Part shown: positions 1 through 8,687 of the stretch, piece by piece
Layout of the letters: every line of letters begins with the position of its first letter
Numbering within the stretch: the first letter of the stretch is position 1
IMG/VR virus record: IMGVR_UViG_3300042901_002277
DNA from: a virus
Length of the DNA: 64,000 nucleotides
Direction: 5' to 3' (one strand)
Notes under the pieces: model-generated
What the model saw: the letters and a program-made list of their open reading frames with translations, nothing else
What the model was told of the DNA's origin: nothing
Databases searched by the model: none
Position numbers and translations under genes: made by a program

Positions 1-109
1 CGCAGTCAAACCAGCCACCGACTAGTTCCTGAATAACGGTGTGTGCGCCGTCACGAGGTAACTCAATAGCGGTTACTTCACCGCTTGTCTTTACAAGTAC
101 TGCTTTCAT
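1..109 (-). CDS. DUF3846-like small phage protein (partial, 3' end off window)
   Basis: Hand-translated MKAVLVKTSGEVTAIELPRDGAHTVIQELVGGWFDC; Q-x-x-VGG-W motif; RBS and conserved promoter upstream. Confidence 0.55.
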   Translation of the reverse strand, partial: MKAVLVKTSGEVTAIELPRDGAHTVIQELVGGWFDC

Positions 110-216
110 TTTTTCCCTCTTTCGTAGTAGTTGATTAGATATTACAGGAACGGATACTAAATTTCCAAAACCAAATGGTTGTGGTTATCGGTAAGGACAA
201 CCACAACCAAATTTGG

Positions 217-381
217 TTAGTGGACTAAATTACTTTCAGGAACAATCGCAAGTGGGTCGAATTTCCCCGAACCATTTACTCGAACCATGTAACGTAGGTG
301 ATTGTCGTAACCAACAACCACGCCACTGAATGCGTTGCCGTGACCGTCACGGAACGTAATCGGCGAACCCTCGTCTTTCAT
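217..381 (-). CDS. hypothetical protein (54 aa)
   Basis: Hand-translated MKDEGSPITFRDGHG...; GAAAGGGG RBS; downstream of promoter at 423. Confidence 0.6.
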   Translation of the reverse strand: MKDEGSPITFRDGHGNAFSGVVVGYDNHLRYMVRVNGSGKFDPLAIVPESNLVH

Positions 382-561
382 AAGCACCCCTTTCGTTGAG
401 TTGTTAGTACCCTATCAGACCCGATACCAAATTTCCAAAATAACGATAGCCCCGCAGTTGCTGCTACCAATTACCGCTGCGTACTGATTACTCCCGGGGC
501 TTATATGTAACAGAGATTCGACCCCCACTATTACGGAAGAGGTCGGTGGTAATTGGGTGGA

Positions 562-783
562 CTAGCTACTGTTCTTTAGTGCCCTGACCATTCGCTGTAT
601 TTTTTTAGCAGCAGGGCTATCAATTTGCGTCACGCAATAACCCAGCTCGTCTAGCTTGTCAAAAAAGCCCCACCAATCTATTTTCTCCTCATTGGCATAC
701 CAATCGTCATACAGCGACTCCACTAGCTCAATGCAGGTGTCGGTAATGTCGCTCGCTTCAACAATGTTCACTGACTCACTCAT
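562..783 (-). CDS. hypothetical protein
   Basis: Start reassigned to MSESVN, coupled to stop of upstream ORF. Confidence 0.6.
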   Translation of the reverse strand: MSESVNIVEASDITDTCIELVESLYDDWYANEEKIDWWGFFDKLDELGYCVTQIDSPAAKKIQRMVRALKNSS

Positions 784-974
784 TACGCCCCTACTTCCTG
801 TTGCGCGGTAAGAGATTTGCCATACCTGTTGTATGTACCGTTTCGTGTGTGCTGACCTACTTCGCATAGGAAGTACATAGTCTCGCCATTGGTCATTACT
901 TCCATATCTACAATATGAGCCAGTGTTTCTTTGCCGTTCAAGCTGAACGACACTAGTTGGTCTAGTTCAAACAT
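783..974 (-). CDS. hypothetical protein
   Basis: 63 aa, GAAAGGGG RBS, promoter at 1017. Confidence 0.6.
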   Translation of the reverse strand: MFELDQLVSFSLNGKETLAHIVDMEVMTNGETMYFLCEVGQHTRNGTYNRYGKSLTAQQEVGA

Positions 975-1134
975 TGCTATCCCCTTTCATTTGGATACCC
1001 CCACTCTATATCACTGGATACCAAATTTCCAAAATCATATTCAGCCCCGCTTCATCCGGTCGCCGCAATTCTTTTTGCCGCAATGCCCGGGGCTATTGAA
1101 ATGGAACGCGCCGCATATTTTGTTTTTATACGCG

Positions 1135-1169
1135 AAAAAGCCCACCGCACATTTCGCACGGTGGGCTTT
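1135..1169 (-). terminator. intrinsic terminator
   Basis: AAAAAGCCCACCG...CGGTGGGCTTT hairpin with U-tract on minus strand. Confidence 0.7.
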
Positions 1170-1186
1170 ACTCGAATTGCTGTTAC

Positions 1187-1315
1187 TTACTTAGACTGCT
1201 GATTTACTCGAAGCTTGTTCGCTAACCCTGTTGGGAAGCCAACCTCGCCTCGTTGCACAACGCCAGTGTTCGACGCTGGTTTGCGCTTTTTCTTTGGCTT
1301 GTTGCTCTCGTTCAT
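1187..1315 (-). CDS. small basic protein (42 aa)
   Basis: Hand-translated MNESNKPKKKRKP...; between promoter 1359 and terminator 1135. Confidence 0.45.
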   Translation of the reverse strand: MNESNKPKKKRKPASNTGVVQRGEVGFPTGLANKLRVNQQSK

Positions 1316-1404
1316 ATTCACCCCCAATCCCTTTCGTAAGAGCAACACTACAGCATGAGATACCAAATTTCCATTGCGCAGCGGGGCTTCGTTGCAGCAA
1401 GCAT

Positions 1405-1689
1405 TTATCGCTGCGTAATTATTTGTGAGACATGAACGACAAATGATTCACCCATGTACTCAACTCGAGCAAGTTGTTGCTGCATGTCGTGATAGCCAAC
1501 AAAAACAACCGCAGCATGCCCTGTTGTTTTTCTACTTGTTTTCTTTTCTTTGTGGTATCCGAATGACACTGGCACAAAAACTAATTCACCGCTTTGCATT
1601 TTTTTCCTTTCGATAGATTCCTTTTTCAAATAGTGGTTTCTGTTGCCAAGTACCACTGGACTCCGTTTGTTAGACGGTGATGGTTCCAC
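1405..1689 (-). CDS. hypothetical protein
   Basis: ORF track; overlaps end of upstream gene. Confidence 0.5.
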   Translation of the reverse strand: MEPSPSNKRSPVVLGNRNHYLKKESIERKKMQSGELVFVPVSFGYHKEKKTSRKTTGHAAVVFVGYHDMQQQLARVEYMGESFVVHVSQIITQR

Positions 1690-1912
1690 CTTCCCAAATG
1701 CCTCGGGTGCGGTGTCCTACCAGTGGATACTCATAGTTGAGGTATCCAAGTGGCAAGTCCGCAGCGAAGCGAGTGGTCGTGATGACGGTCGCCATGTCAA
1801 TGCCACAGCGCTCCAAGTCACGCACAAAGGACAGAATCAGGTGTGTGTAAACCACACGCTGACGAGTCATCTGTCCATCGTGGAACTGAAGAATGCTCTT
1901 TTTCATATTCAC
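1670..1912 (-). CDS. hypothetical protein
   Basis: ORF with RBS, promoter at 1973. Confidence 0.55.
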   Translation of the reverse strand: MNMKKSILQFHDGQMTRQRVVYTHLILSFVRDLERCGIDMATVITTTRFAADLPLGYLNYEYPLVGHRTRGIWEGGTITV

Positions 1913-2057
1913 CCCCTTTCAAAGAAGCGTGGTTCGAGTGGTTCTCGAACGCTGCACCACATTACTACGCTCGATACCAAATTTCCAAAATAGAAGCAGC
2001 TCGATTTAGCCCCGCAGCACACGTTGGTAGACAAAAAGAATAACGGGGCTTACGTAC

Positions 2058-2084
2058 AAGAAAAGCGACCCGAAGGTCGCTCTT
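2058..2084 (-). terminator. intrinsic terminator
   Basis: AGCGACC-CGAA-GGTCGCT (UUCG loop on minus strand) plus U-tract. Confidence 0.7.
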
Positions 2085-2107
2085 CCCGAACTTTCCGACT
2101 TGCTGAA

Positions 2108-2389
2108 CTACTTGCCACCTCGTGACTCGTAGTGCTTCACAGCGTCAACGATTGACGTGCAGTAGTTTCCGCTCTCACGCACCCAGCCGTAGTCCTCGGT
2201 CGCAATCACTGTCCACACTACGAACTTCGCGTGTGGGTCGTTTGTGACTTCGCAGATGGCAACCCATGATGCGTAGATGATACCGACCATGCGGTCTGAT
2301 TTTTTCGTGCATGCAATCACTCGCACACCCGCTGCGATTTCCTCGCCGAACTTCAACTCACTTGCTTCGGTCACCTTGATGGTATCCAT
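2108..2389 (-). CDS. hypothetical protein
   Basis: Start MDTIKV after GAAAGGGG; promoter 2443. Confidence 0.65.
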   Translation of the reverse strand: MDTIKVTEASELKFGEEIAAGVRVIACTKKSDRMVGIIYASWVAICEVTNDPHAKFVVWTVIATEDYGWVRESGNYCTSIVDAVKHYESRGGK

Positions 2390-2819
2390 GTCGTTCCCCT
2401 TTCGTGGGCTTGTTTTTATGACAACCACATCTTAGTACACGTGATACCAAATTTCCAAAATGGTCAGAGCGAAAATGAGCCCCGGCTTTACTCCTCGTCG
2501 CCTTCATGCTCGTAATCCGATGGGCAATAGTCATACCTATCAGGGTTTGCTCTGTACTCCTCACGGTACTCCTCTGTTGTCTTGCCAGTACGGCAGGCTT
2601 CTGCTTCCTGCTTCATCTCGTGCATGAGGTTGGTGTCTAGGTAATTGGTCATCGCATACTCCCTGCGTACATTCTGTCCTGCAGGTCTGCATGGTGATAA
2701 TCGCACAATGAGACAGTGATAATGCCACTTTCGTACTGACGTACAGTGCCACCGCATTTATCTGCGCTGTCTGCATTGGTGTTGAGTTCTCTACATTGAG
2801 TTGTTGGTGTATTCACTGG

Positions 2820-3197
2820 TTATTCCTTTCCGATTAGAACTTTATTGCAATTCTTGATTGCCGTAATGCACTGGTTGATAAGTGACGTAAACGCCCTGTA
2901 CGACATGACGCTATCTCGTTCGTCGTATCGTGCACACTCTAAATCCTGTTTACGCCACAGCAATTCTTTTTTCAGAGCTTTTATAGCGTCAATAGATACA
3001 TCTACGGCAACGGTGTTGTTTAGTCCACGCTTTACAACTATACGGCGTGGTGCAATAACAAACTCTGCGAACGCTTTTGTATCATCGTCCATTTCCTCAC
3101 CCGATGCTATTTGGCGTTCTACGTCCTCACAGCGAGGCGTCATATCACCATCTATGACACTAGAGAACCTAATCTCGAATACTTGTTTTGTTTCCAT
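2820..3197 (-). CDS. hypothetical protein
   Basis: Start METKQV after GAAAGGGG; promoter 3241. Confidence 0.65.
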   Translation of the reverse strand: METKQVFEIRFSSVIDGDMTPRCEDVERQIASGEEMDDDTKAFAEFVIAPRRIVVKRGLNNTVAVDVSIDAIKALKKELLWRKQDLECARYDERDSVMSYRAFTSLINQCITAIKNCNKVLIGKE

Positions 3198-3374
3198 TTC
3201 GTTATCCCCTTTCATTGGATATGTACATATTACTAAACGAGATACCAAATTTCCAAATCACACAATAAGCCCCGGTATCCGGACGCCGCTTACCGGGAAT
3301 GAAGCGGGGCTCTCGGCCAAATAAGTGGCGCAGGTTTCCCCACGCCACCTAATCTGTTGGACTAACTTCGCTAA

Positions 3375-3671
3375 CTAATCGGCGTCGTAATAGTCTTCAG
3401 GATTGTCGCACCATGCGTCTAGGTGGTGGGATTGAATGATTGCCCATGCAGGCGCACTTGTCTTACCCTTCCACGACACACCTTCAGGCAGTTCAATGAG
3501 TTCATCGCCACTGAACGTTGCGTTGTAACTGTCAATGGCGTTCAAGCACACTGGGACCATTGACAACGGCACTGGTGGATAGTGATTACTTTGCAGGTGG
3601 ATTGCTAGGGCGTTATCTAGTGATATGCCCATGTCGTTATCGGCTAATTCTTGCGCTAACTGATTACCCAT
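3375..3671 (-). CDS. hypothetical phage protein
   Basis: 98 aa, HLQSNHYPPVP...HHLDAW motif, RBS GAAGGGGG. Confidence 0.7.
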   Translation of the reverse strand: MGNQLAQELADNDMGISLDNALAIHLQSNHYPPVPLSMVPVCLNAIDSYNATFSGDELIELPEGVSWKGKTSAPAWAIIQSHHLDAWCDNPEDYYDAD

Positions 3672-3701
3672 GATTGCCCCCTTCAGGACTGTAGTAGTGA
3701 A

Positions 3702-3776
3702 GTTGGTGGGAGCCTGTCGGGAGACATTTCCATCCCCCGATTAGCGTTATTGGACACTCTTCAGTCCCACCAACAA
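3702..3776 (-). ncRNA. structured 5' leader / cis-regulatory RNA candidate (three-way junction)
   Basis: Starts at predicted TSS of promoter 3796; P1 GUUGGUGGGA/UCCCACCAAC, P2 GUGU/ACGC, P3 UCGGGGGA/UCUCCCGA with G-U pairs on the transcribed strand. Confidence 0.5.
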
Positions 3777-3903
3777 TGAATACTTTACAACACTGGATAC
3801 CAAATTTCCAAAGTGCGACTGGCCACCCCTGCGCCTTCAAGAGCGTGGTTTAAGCCCCGCGTATCAACTGGCTTGAGTATTGGAATGCCGGGGCTATCTG
3901 ACT

Positions 3904-3938
3904 AAAAAGTCGAGCAACCGATTGGCTGCCCGACTTTT
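3904..3938 (-). terminator. intrinsic terminator
   Basis: AAAAAGTCG...CGACTTTT hairpin. Confidence 0.65.
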
Positions 3939-3941
3939 GTT

Positions 3942-4118
3942 TCAGTCGATTTGGATTTTGTCAAACACTTCGGCTCGAGCATTGAGCATCGCCCAATGAA
4001 AAGCGTCCATGAAAATCTGCTGCTTCTCTGCCGACCGAAACTCTCGCTCGGCGTGGGCCCGAGCCTCGGCGGTCTTAACCGCCAAGAGCCCGACCCACCA
4101 GTTGGCCTTCTCGTTCAT
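3942..4118 (-). CDS. hypothetical protein
   Basis: Start MNEKAN overlaps upstream stop (ATGA). Confidence 0.55.
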   Translation of the reverse strand: MNEKANWWVGLLAVKTAEARAHAEREFRSAEKQQIFMDAFHWAMLNARAEVFDKIQID

Positions 4119-4339
4119 TGGATTTTGTACAACTCGTAAATCCAACCCGTGCCGCCGCCGTAGGTGTACCTCTCGCCGATGCTGCTCTTCATGGCGTCAA
4201 GCGCGCTGTCGAGCATGAACCAAGCATCCTCTTCGTACGTCTCGTCCTCGGCGTTCCTGATTGCCTCGGTGAACAACTCGAGTTGGACCTTCACCTCCTC
4301 GATTATTTCCTTGACTGTCTTCACCTTTTCTGCTTCCAT
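4115..4339 (-). CDS. hypothetical acidic protein
   Basis: 74 aa, RBS, promoter 4406. Confidence 0.65.
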   Translation of the reverse strand: MEAEKVKTVKEIIEEVKVQLELFTEAIRNAEDETYEEDAWFMLDSALDAMKSSIGERYTYGGGTGWIYELYKIQ

Positions 4340-4359
4340 GACTTTCCCCTTTTCTCGAA

Positions 4360-4375
4360 TGTTCCACGTGGAACA
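4360..4375. promoter_or_regulatory. parS-type palindrome TGTTCCACGTGGAACA
   Basis: Perfect 16-bp palindrome (20 bp with flanks) matching the chromosomal parS consensus. Confidence 0.7.
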
Positions 4376-4628
4376 TTTCCTTACGAGACCAATACTAGTA
4401 CACCCGATACCAAATTTCCAAATTCAAACACAGCCCCGCAAAAGTTTTTTTCATTTAACATACAGATGACATACAGGTAACATACAAATTTTCAGCAGCA
4501 GAAGGGTATGCGGGGCTATTTTGGGCAAAAAATAAACCACACCAAAACTCTACGCAATTTGAAAGGGGTAAAACGCGGAGTAATGGTGTGGTTATTTATT
4601 AGTAGGTATTTCTACCCACTAAAACTTG

Positions 4629-4919
4629 CTACACAATACGAGAGTGTAGTGGTGTCTCAATGTAGATGGTAGGTCGGTCTGAGAACTTGTCCTCAAATAC
4701 TCCGAGCAAGTATGGTGCTACTTCCTCGTTGTACCCATCTGCGATACCGCAAGCCTGTGACTTGGATAGACATGGTAGGTCACGGTAGAGAAAGTCTGAA
4801 CCATCTCCAGTTGGTGACTGAAAGTAAATGCGTACTGCCCATTCTGTAGTTACTCCAAACTCTTTCATGAGTTGTTTTACTACTTCGGCACTAACAATAG
4901 AACCTTTTCCCGATTTCAT
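4629..4919 (-). CDS. hypothetical protein
   Basis: Start MKSGKG coupled to upstream stop. Confidence 0.55.
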   Translation of the reverse strand: MKSGKGSIVSAEVVKQLMKEFGVTTEWAVRIYFQSPTGDGSDFLYRDLPCLSKSQACGIADGYNEEVAPYLLGVFEDKFSDRPTIYIETPLHSRIV

Positions 4920-5167
4920 TACTTGCCTACCTTTCCAGTAGTGAGTGTTTGTTCTAGCACTAGCCAAGAGTGACCAGTACTTGTGTTTGCGTGTATTTGG
5001 AAACTGTAAGTGTTGTAGTCGCCTACGCTCTCCCAGTACTCCAAAGCCTCGTCAGTTGCCAACCAAGCCTCACACTCTTTACGAGTGTCAGCCTCAAACG
5101 CTGGCGTGTCGCTATCTGGTAGACAGCCTGCGCTAGCCCACCAAACCTGATAAATCGTATGTTTCAT
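4919..5167 (-). CDS. hypothetical protein
   Basis: 82 aa, GCLPDS motif, RBS, promoter 5232. Confidence 0.6.
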   Translation of the reverse strand: MKHTIYQVWWASAGCLPDSDTPAFEADTRKECEAWLATDEALEYWESVGDYNTYSFQIHANTSTGHSWLVLEQTLTTGKVGK

Positions 5168-5249
5168 AATTTCCCCTTTCCGAGAAACTTACGGAGATAC
5201 TTTCCCCGTTGAGATAGATAGTACTACCCCTGATACCAAATTTCCAAAA

Positions 5250-5345
5250 TCACTTTTTACGCTTTATTACTGCGTAGATATAGGTAAAGATAACGCCACT
5301 AAGAAACCCAATGACCAATCCTTGTACATACATAACTACTTCCAC
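5250..5345 (-). CDS. 31-aa single-TM membrane peptide
   Basis: MEVVMYVQGLVIGFLSGVIFTYIYAVIKRKK; RBS GGAAAGGG; own promoter. Confidence 0.55.
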   Translation of the reverse strand: MEVVMYVQGLVIGFLSGVIFTYIYAVIKRKK

Positions 5346-5374
5346 GATTTTCCCTTTCCGTTGTAGGTGATACT

Positions 5375-5403
5375 AAATTACAGGCCTGTAGTGATTATGT
5401 CAA
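5375..5403 (-). promoter_or_regulatory. canonical sigma70/SigA promoter
   Basis: TTGACA-17 nt-TAATTT. Confidence 0.7.
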
Positions 5404-5505
5404 GGATTTCGATACAGCCCCGCGTTTCCGGCTGCGCCGCTCTAGCCCCCGGGGCTTTGCTCTAGAAAGAGAGTAGCAACCGTTGTGGTCACTACTCCCT
5501 TCCGA

Positions 5506-5814
5506 CTAGCAGGTGAAGTAATCGTATAGATACTGACGAGCCTCGTCAGAGAGTGCGTCCTCGTCAAGTACGAGATACTTCCCAGAGCCATTGCAATCAT
5601 CACAGCGCTCGTCATAGAGCCCTGAGATGTAGTTCTCACGGAACTCGTCATCTTGCTCATTCCACTCGTCAGCCGAATATGCGCCGAACCTGTTGGAGTG
5701 ACCACCAGAGCCACGACAAAGGTCGCAGATAGCCCATTCCTCATGAATAGAGCAACGTCCTATCTCCTCGTCAGCAATCGCCTGACGAATAATCTCAGCA
5801 TGAGTAGTTTTCAT
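5506..5814 (-). CDS. DnaJ-type zinc-finger protein
   Basis: Two CxxCxGxG motifs (CDLCRGSG, CDDCNGSG). Confidence 0.7.
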   Translation of the reverse strand: MKTTHAEIIRQAIADEEIGRCSIHEEWAICDLCRGSGGHSNRFGAYSADEWNEQDDEFRENYISGLYDERCDDCNGSGKYLVLDEDALSDEARQYLYDYFTC

Positions 5815-5999
5815 AAAATAACCCCTTTTCTAGTAGTTCCCAATAGTTTATTACACGAGATACTAAGTTTCCAAAATACTGGTGGCACACCCAGTCACAT
5901 AGAGCATGGGTCAAGCCCCGCATTTGAGTGTTGTTGTAGGTAGAGCCGGGGCTATCGAAAAGTTTTAGCCAGGTGAACAGGCTAAAACCATCTTGCAGC

Positions 6000-6170
6000 T
6001 CATTCGTAATCAAGCCCATCCATAAAGGCTTCGTTGTCCGAATACCACGCAAGGTCGTCTTCCTGTATGAGGTGACCATCTAGTGTGTACTCTCCGTCGT
6101 CCCACGGATTGAGCTTGGCCTCGCGGCGCTCTGCTTGCTTTGCTGTTTCGTATTGCTCGTTGTTGTCCAT
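6000..6170 (-). CDS. acidic hypothetical protein (56 aa), leaderless
   Basis: MDNNEQYETAK...; ATG 6 nt after -10 of promoter 6191. Confidence 0.55.
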   Translation of the reverse strand: MDNNEQYETAKQAERREAKLNPWDDGEYTLDGHLIQEDDLAWYSDNEAFMDGLDYE

Positions 6171-6312
6171 GCCTCAAATTTACAACATGAGATACCAAAT
6201 TTCTAAAATCAAGAGGGGTCGAATGGACAAGATGAGCTGGCCGCCTTTCGCAATCAGTAGCCCCGGCTATCCGGTAATCCAGTAGGAGCGGCGGGGCTGA
6301 TGAAAAATTTTA

Positions 6313-6348
6313 GGGGTGTAACAAGGTTTTATTCCCTGTTACACCCCC
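6313..6348 (-). terminator. intrinsic terminator
   Basis: GGGGTGTAACA...TGTTACACCCC hairpin. Confidence 0.6.
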
Positions 6349-6358
6349 AACGGGGGGA

Positions 6359-6676
6359 TTAGAACTCGTAGGAGTAGTAGTACCTGCGACCACTCAAGTG
6401 AAGGACAGCCCAACTATCCAAGGAGTCGCCAACCTGAACCCACCTTCCGTTTTTACGGAGTGTAAAGCAAGTGGTTGGGTTGTTTGGGTTTGGTGTAATT
6501 TCCCAGTCGTTACTGTAAGGCTTCGCACCTTCGGCTGGCTTGACATCATCTTGCTGAACAATAATTTTCTTGCCATTTTCGCTAACGAAAACAATCGTTA
6601 CTGAGTGGGTGTCCACTCCATTGCTAACGTGTGCGCCGTTTCCGACTACTGGCTTCGTTCTTTCTTTGGTTTCCAT
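6359..6676 (-). CDS. conserved phage hypothetical protein
   Basis: 105 aa, FTLRKNGRWV...GRRYYY motif; RBS; promoter 6726. Confidence 0.7.
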   Translation of the reverse strand: METKERTKPVVGNGAHVSNGVDTHSVTIVFVSENGKKIIVQQDDVKPAEGAKPYSNDWEITPNPNNPTTCFTLRKNGRWVQVGDSLDSWAVLHLSGRRYYYSYEF

Positions 6677-6756
6677 TGTGTCCCCTTTCGTGGAACTCGT
6701 TTACAAATGAAACATTACAGCATGAGATACCAAATTTCCAAAATAGAACGAACAGG

Positions 6757-6770
6757 CGAACAGGTGTTCG
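6757..6770. promoter_or_regulatory. LexA (SOS/Cheo) box-like site
   Basis: CGAACAGGTGTTCG, upstream of promoter 6726. Confidence 0.5.
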
Positions 6771-6881
6771 GTCTTTATGGGTTAGCCCCGGTATACCGGC
6801 AGACTACGACGGGGCTTTGCTCTAGAAAGAGAGTGTTACCGTTTCTGGTAACACCCTCTTTGATTATGGTGAGCCAGCTGG

Positions 6882-7139
6882 CTAGAGCGAGCTCGCCATG
6901 CGACAGGTCTTGCGATACTGGCCTTTGGCAGCCTCAATCATGAGAGCCCATGCAGCCTCGTCAGGGCAGACAGCGAGCACAAGCAGCTGGAAGTTCTCCA
7001 TGCCGAAATTCTTGTGAGTGCGGCGAGCCTTACGGAGTGCTGCGTCTTGGGGGTTCTTGGTAGCAGCGTCAAAAATATACAGCTGCTCATAGACAGACGG
7101 GTCAAACCCGTCAGACCAAAGGATACGGACAGTGAACAT
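6882..7139 (-). CDS. hypothetical protein
   Basis: Start MFTVRI after GAAAGGGG. Confidence 0.6.
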   Translation of the reverse strand: MFTVRILWSDGFDPSVYEQLYIFDAATKNPQDAALRKARRTHKNFGMENFQLLVLAVCPDEAAWALMIEAAKGQYRKTCRMASSL

Positions 7140-7204
7140 ATAAACCCCTTTCATGGGTGGTAGGTACCCCAAACATTACAGTACGAGATACCAAATTTCC
7201 AAAA

Positions 7205-7220
7205 GCGAACACTTGTTCGC
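7205..7220. promoter_or_regulatory. LexA (SOS/Cheo) box-like site
   Basis: GCGAACACTTGTTCGC abutting promoter 7187. Confidence 0.55.
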
Positions 7221-7230
7221 ATAGCCCCGG

Positions 7231-7380
7231 CTACTGACTTATGGAAGCACTTTCTGTTTCCATTAGGTGAAGCCGAATATCAAGAAGCAAGTCCTGCATT
7301 TCGCTTGACGCCACAAGTTCACGGCTAGAGATATTGACTAGCGCCTTATCAAGAAGTGTGATTATTTCTTTTTCGTTCAT
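7231..7380 (-). CDS. hypothetical protein (49 aa)
   Basis: MNEKEIITLLDKAL...; ATGA overlap with upstream gene. Confidence 0.5.
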   Translation of the reverse strand: MNEKEIITLLDKALVNISSRELVASSEMQDLLLDIRLHLMETESASISQ

Positions 7381-7559
7381 TGTGGGCAGTCCTCGTATGG
7401 GTTGGGGTTTCCTTCATTGTCCTCGCAAGAACAGAAGCCGAATAATTCTACTTGAGTTTCGTGAGTGAGTTCAGTCAAGTCCTCGTATGACGGGGAGCCC
7501 CGTAGTTCCTCTATCACTAAACTCCAAAAGTCTACGAAAAGTTTCTCTTGTGAGTTCAC
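7377..7559 (-). CDS. hypothetical protein
   Basis: 60 aa with RBS. Confidence 0.55.
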   Translation of the reverse strand: MNSQEKLFVDFWSLVIEELRGSPSYEDLTELTHETQVELFGFCSCEDNEGNPNPYEDCPQ

Positions 7560-7581
7560 TTCTTGCTCCCTTTCGTTGTGA

Positions 7582-8259
7582 TTATGGATTTGACCTTGTG
7601 TATGGGTTCACCCAAGTTCCGTTAGCCCTGAAGTATCCTGAAACATAACTGTTTCGTGGCAAGCCGTTCACTTTTGACGGAACTCCATAACAGATACCCA
7701 CACAACTACTAGCGCTCGGAACTGCTATGGAAGGCACTCTTGTCGCTGGATTGATAACTGGATAACCCGCTGGTTTAATTCTTGTAGTAGTTCCGTATGT
7801 ATTCCAAGAAATTGGTGGAAGGGTAATTGGAGATTGCTGTGGGTTGAAGTTGATTGGTGGAAGGGCAATTGGTTTCCAAGTACTTGGCGTCCAAGAAATT
7901 GGTGGGATAGTAATCGGCGTGTATGGACCGTATCCACCAAAAGAAACTGGCAGAGTTATGGTTGGGGCGATTACTGGTGATGCAACTGGGACAACTATCG
8001 GAACGGTTGTGGTTGGGATTGTTGTGGTTGTAGCGTTCGGCATAGGTGCAACAAAAGAAACATTTCCACTTACTGCTATGTACTTTACAAAATTACACTT
8101 TTCGTCAAATAGCGGAGCCATTCCTGTTGGGTATGGTTTATTGGTAGACCAAAAAGACAACATAATAGGGTGGCAGTCAGTAGTCGCTTTTGCTTGACTG
8201 GCAAAAGATAGCGCCACTCCAGTTACTAAAACTACGAGTGCTGTCTTTAGTGCTTTCAT
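7582..8259 (-). CDS. secreted Pro/Thr-rich protein
   Basis: Signal peptide (AKA), internal PITxPPISW repeats, C-terminal YVSGYFRANGTWVNPYTRS motif. Confidence 0.7.
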   Translation of the reverse strand: MKALKTALVVLVTGVALSFASQAKATTDCHPIMLSFWSTNKPYPTGMAPLFDEKCNFVKYIAVSGNVSFVAPMPNATTTTIPTTTVPIVVPVASPVIAPTITLPVSFGGYGPYTPITIPPISWTPSTWKPIALPPINFNPQQSPITLPPISWNTYGTTTRIKPAGYPVINPATRVPSIAVPSASSCVGICYGVPSKVNGLPRNSYVSGYFRANGTWVNPYTRSNP

Positions 8260-8349
8260 TACTTATCCCCTTTCTAAGGGCTTGTTGTTGTCTCTATCGT
8301 AGGGCAACGGATACCAAATTTCAAAATCCACAAATAGCCCCGGTGGGTG

Positions 8350-8682
8350 CTATGCGCACTCTTCCATTACTTCGCCACCATCAGTTATGCGCAACTCGCA
8401 AGCGTTGTGTGTCGGTAGGTAGATGGTGTCGCCAATAGTAAGTGTCGTTCCGTACAACTCAACGAGCCTATCCACTACTTCCATAGTGTTGCCCTCGCAC
8501 TTTGTACGGGCTATCCAATAGAGAGTGTCGCCACTTTCTATTTTGACAGGCGTTCCGTCACAAAAGAACTCGCTGTCTTTCGTGTTCTGTCTGTCTAAGT
8601 ATCCAAATGCGAATACTGACGCAAGTGTTATTGCGATAGTGATAAGCACTGTCTTTGCTGTTCGGTAGGTGTTCTCGTTCAT
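8350..8682 (-). CDS. membrane-anchored LysM-domain protein
   Basis: N-terminal TM; IESGDTLYWIA...LTIGDTIYLP LysM pattern. Confidence 0.7.
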   Translation of the reverse strand: MNENTYRTAKTVLITIAITLASVFAFGYLDRQNTKDSEFFCDGTPVKIESGDTLYWIARTKCEGNTMEVVDRLVELYGTTLTIGDTIYLPTHNACELRITDGGEVMEECA

Positions 8683-8687
8683 TGTGT

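Noticed and set aside
3702-3776. Hammerhead ribozyme (contains CUGAAGA followed by a stem)
   Set aside because: Required GAAA after stem II and the UH site are missing; CUG can instead pair into P1
448-6816. Inverted heptamer pairs as integron attC sites
   Set aside because: No RYYYAAC/GTTRRRY cores, spacers are not self-complementary, and no integron integrase is in the window
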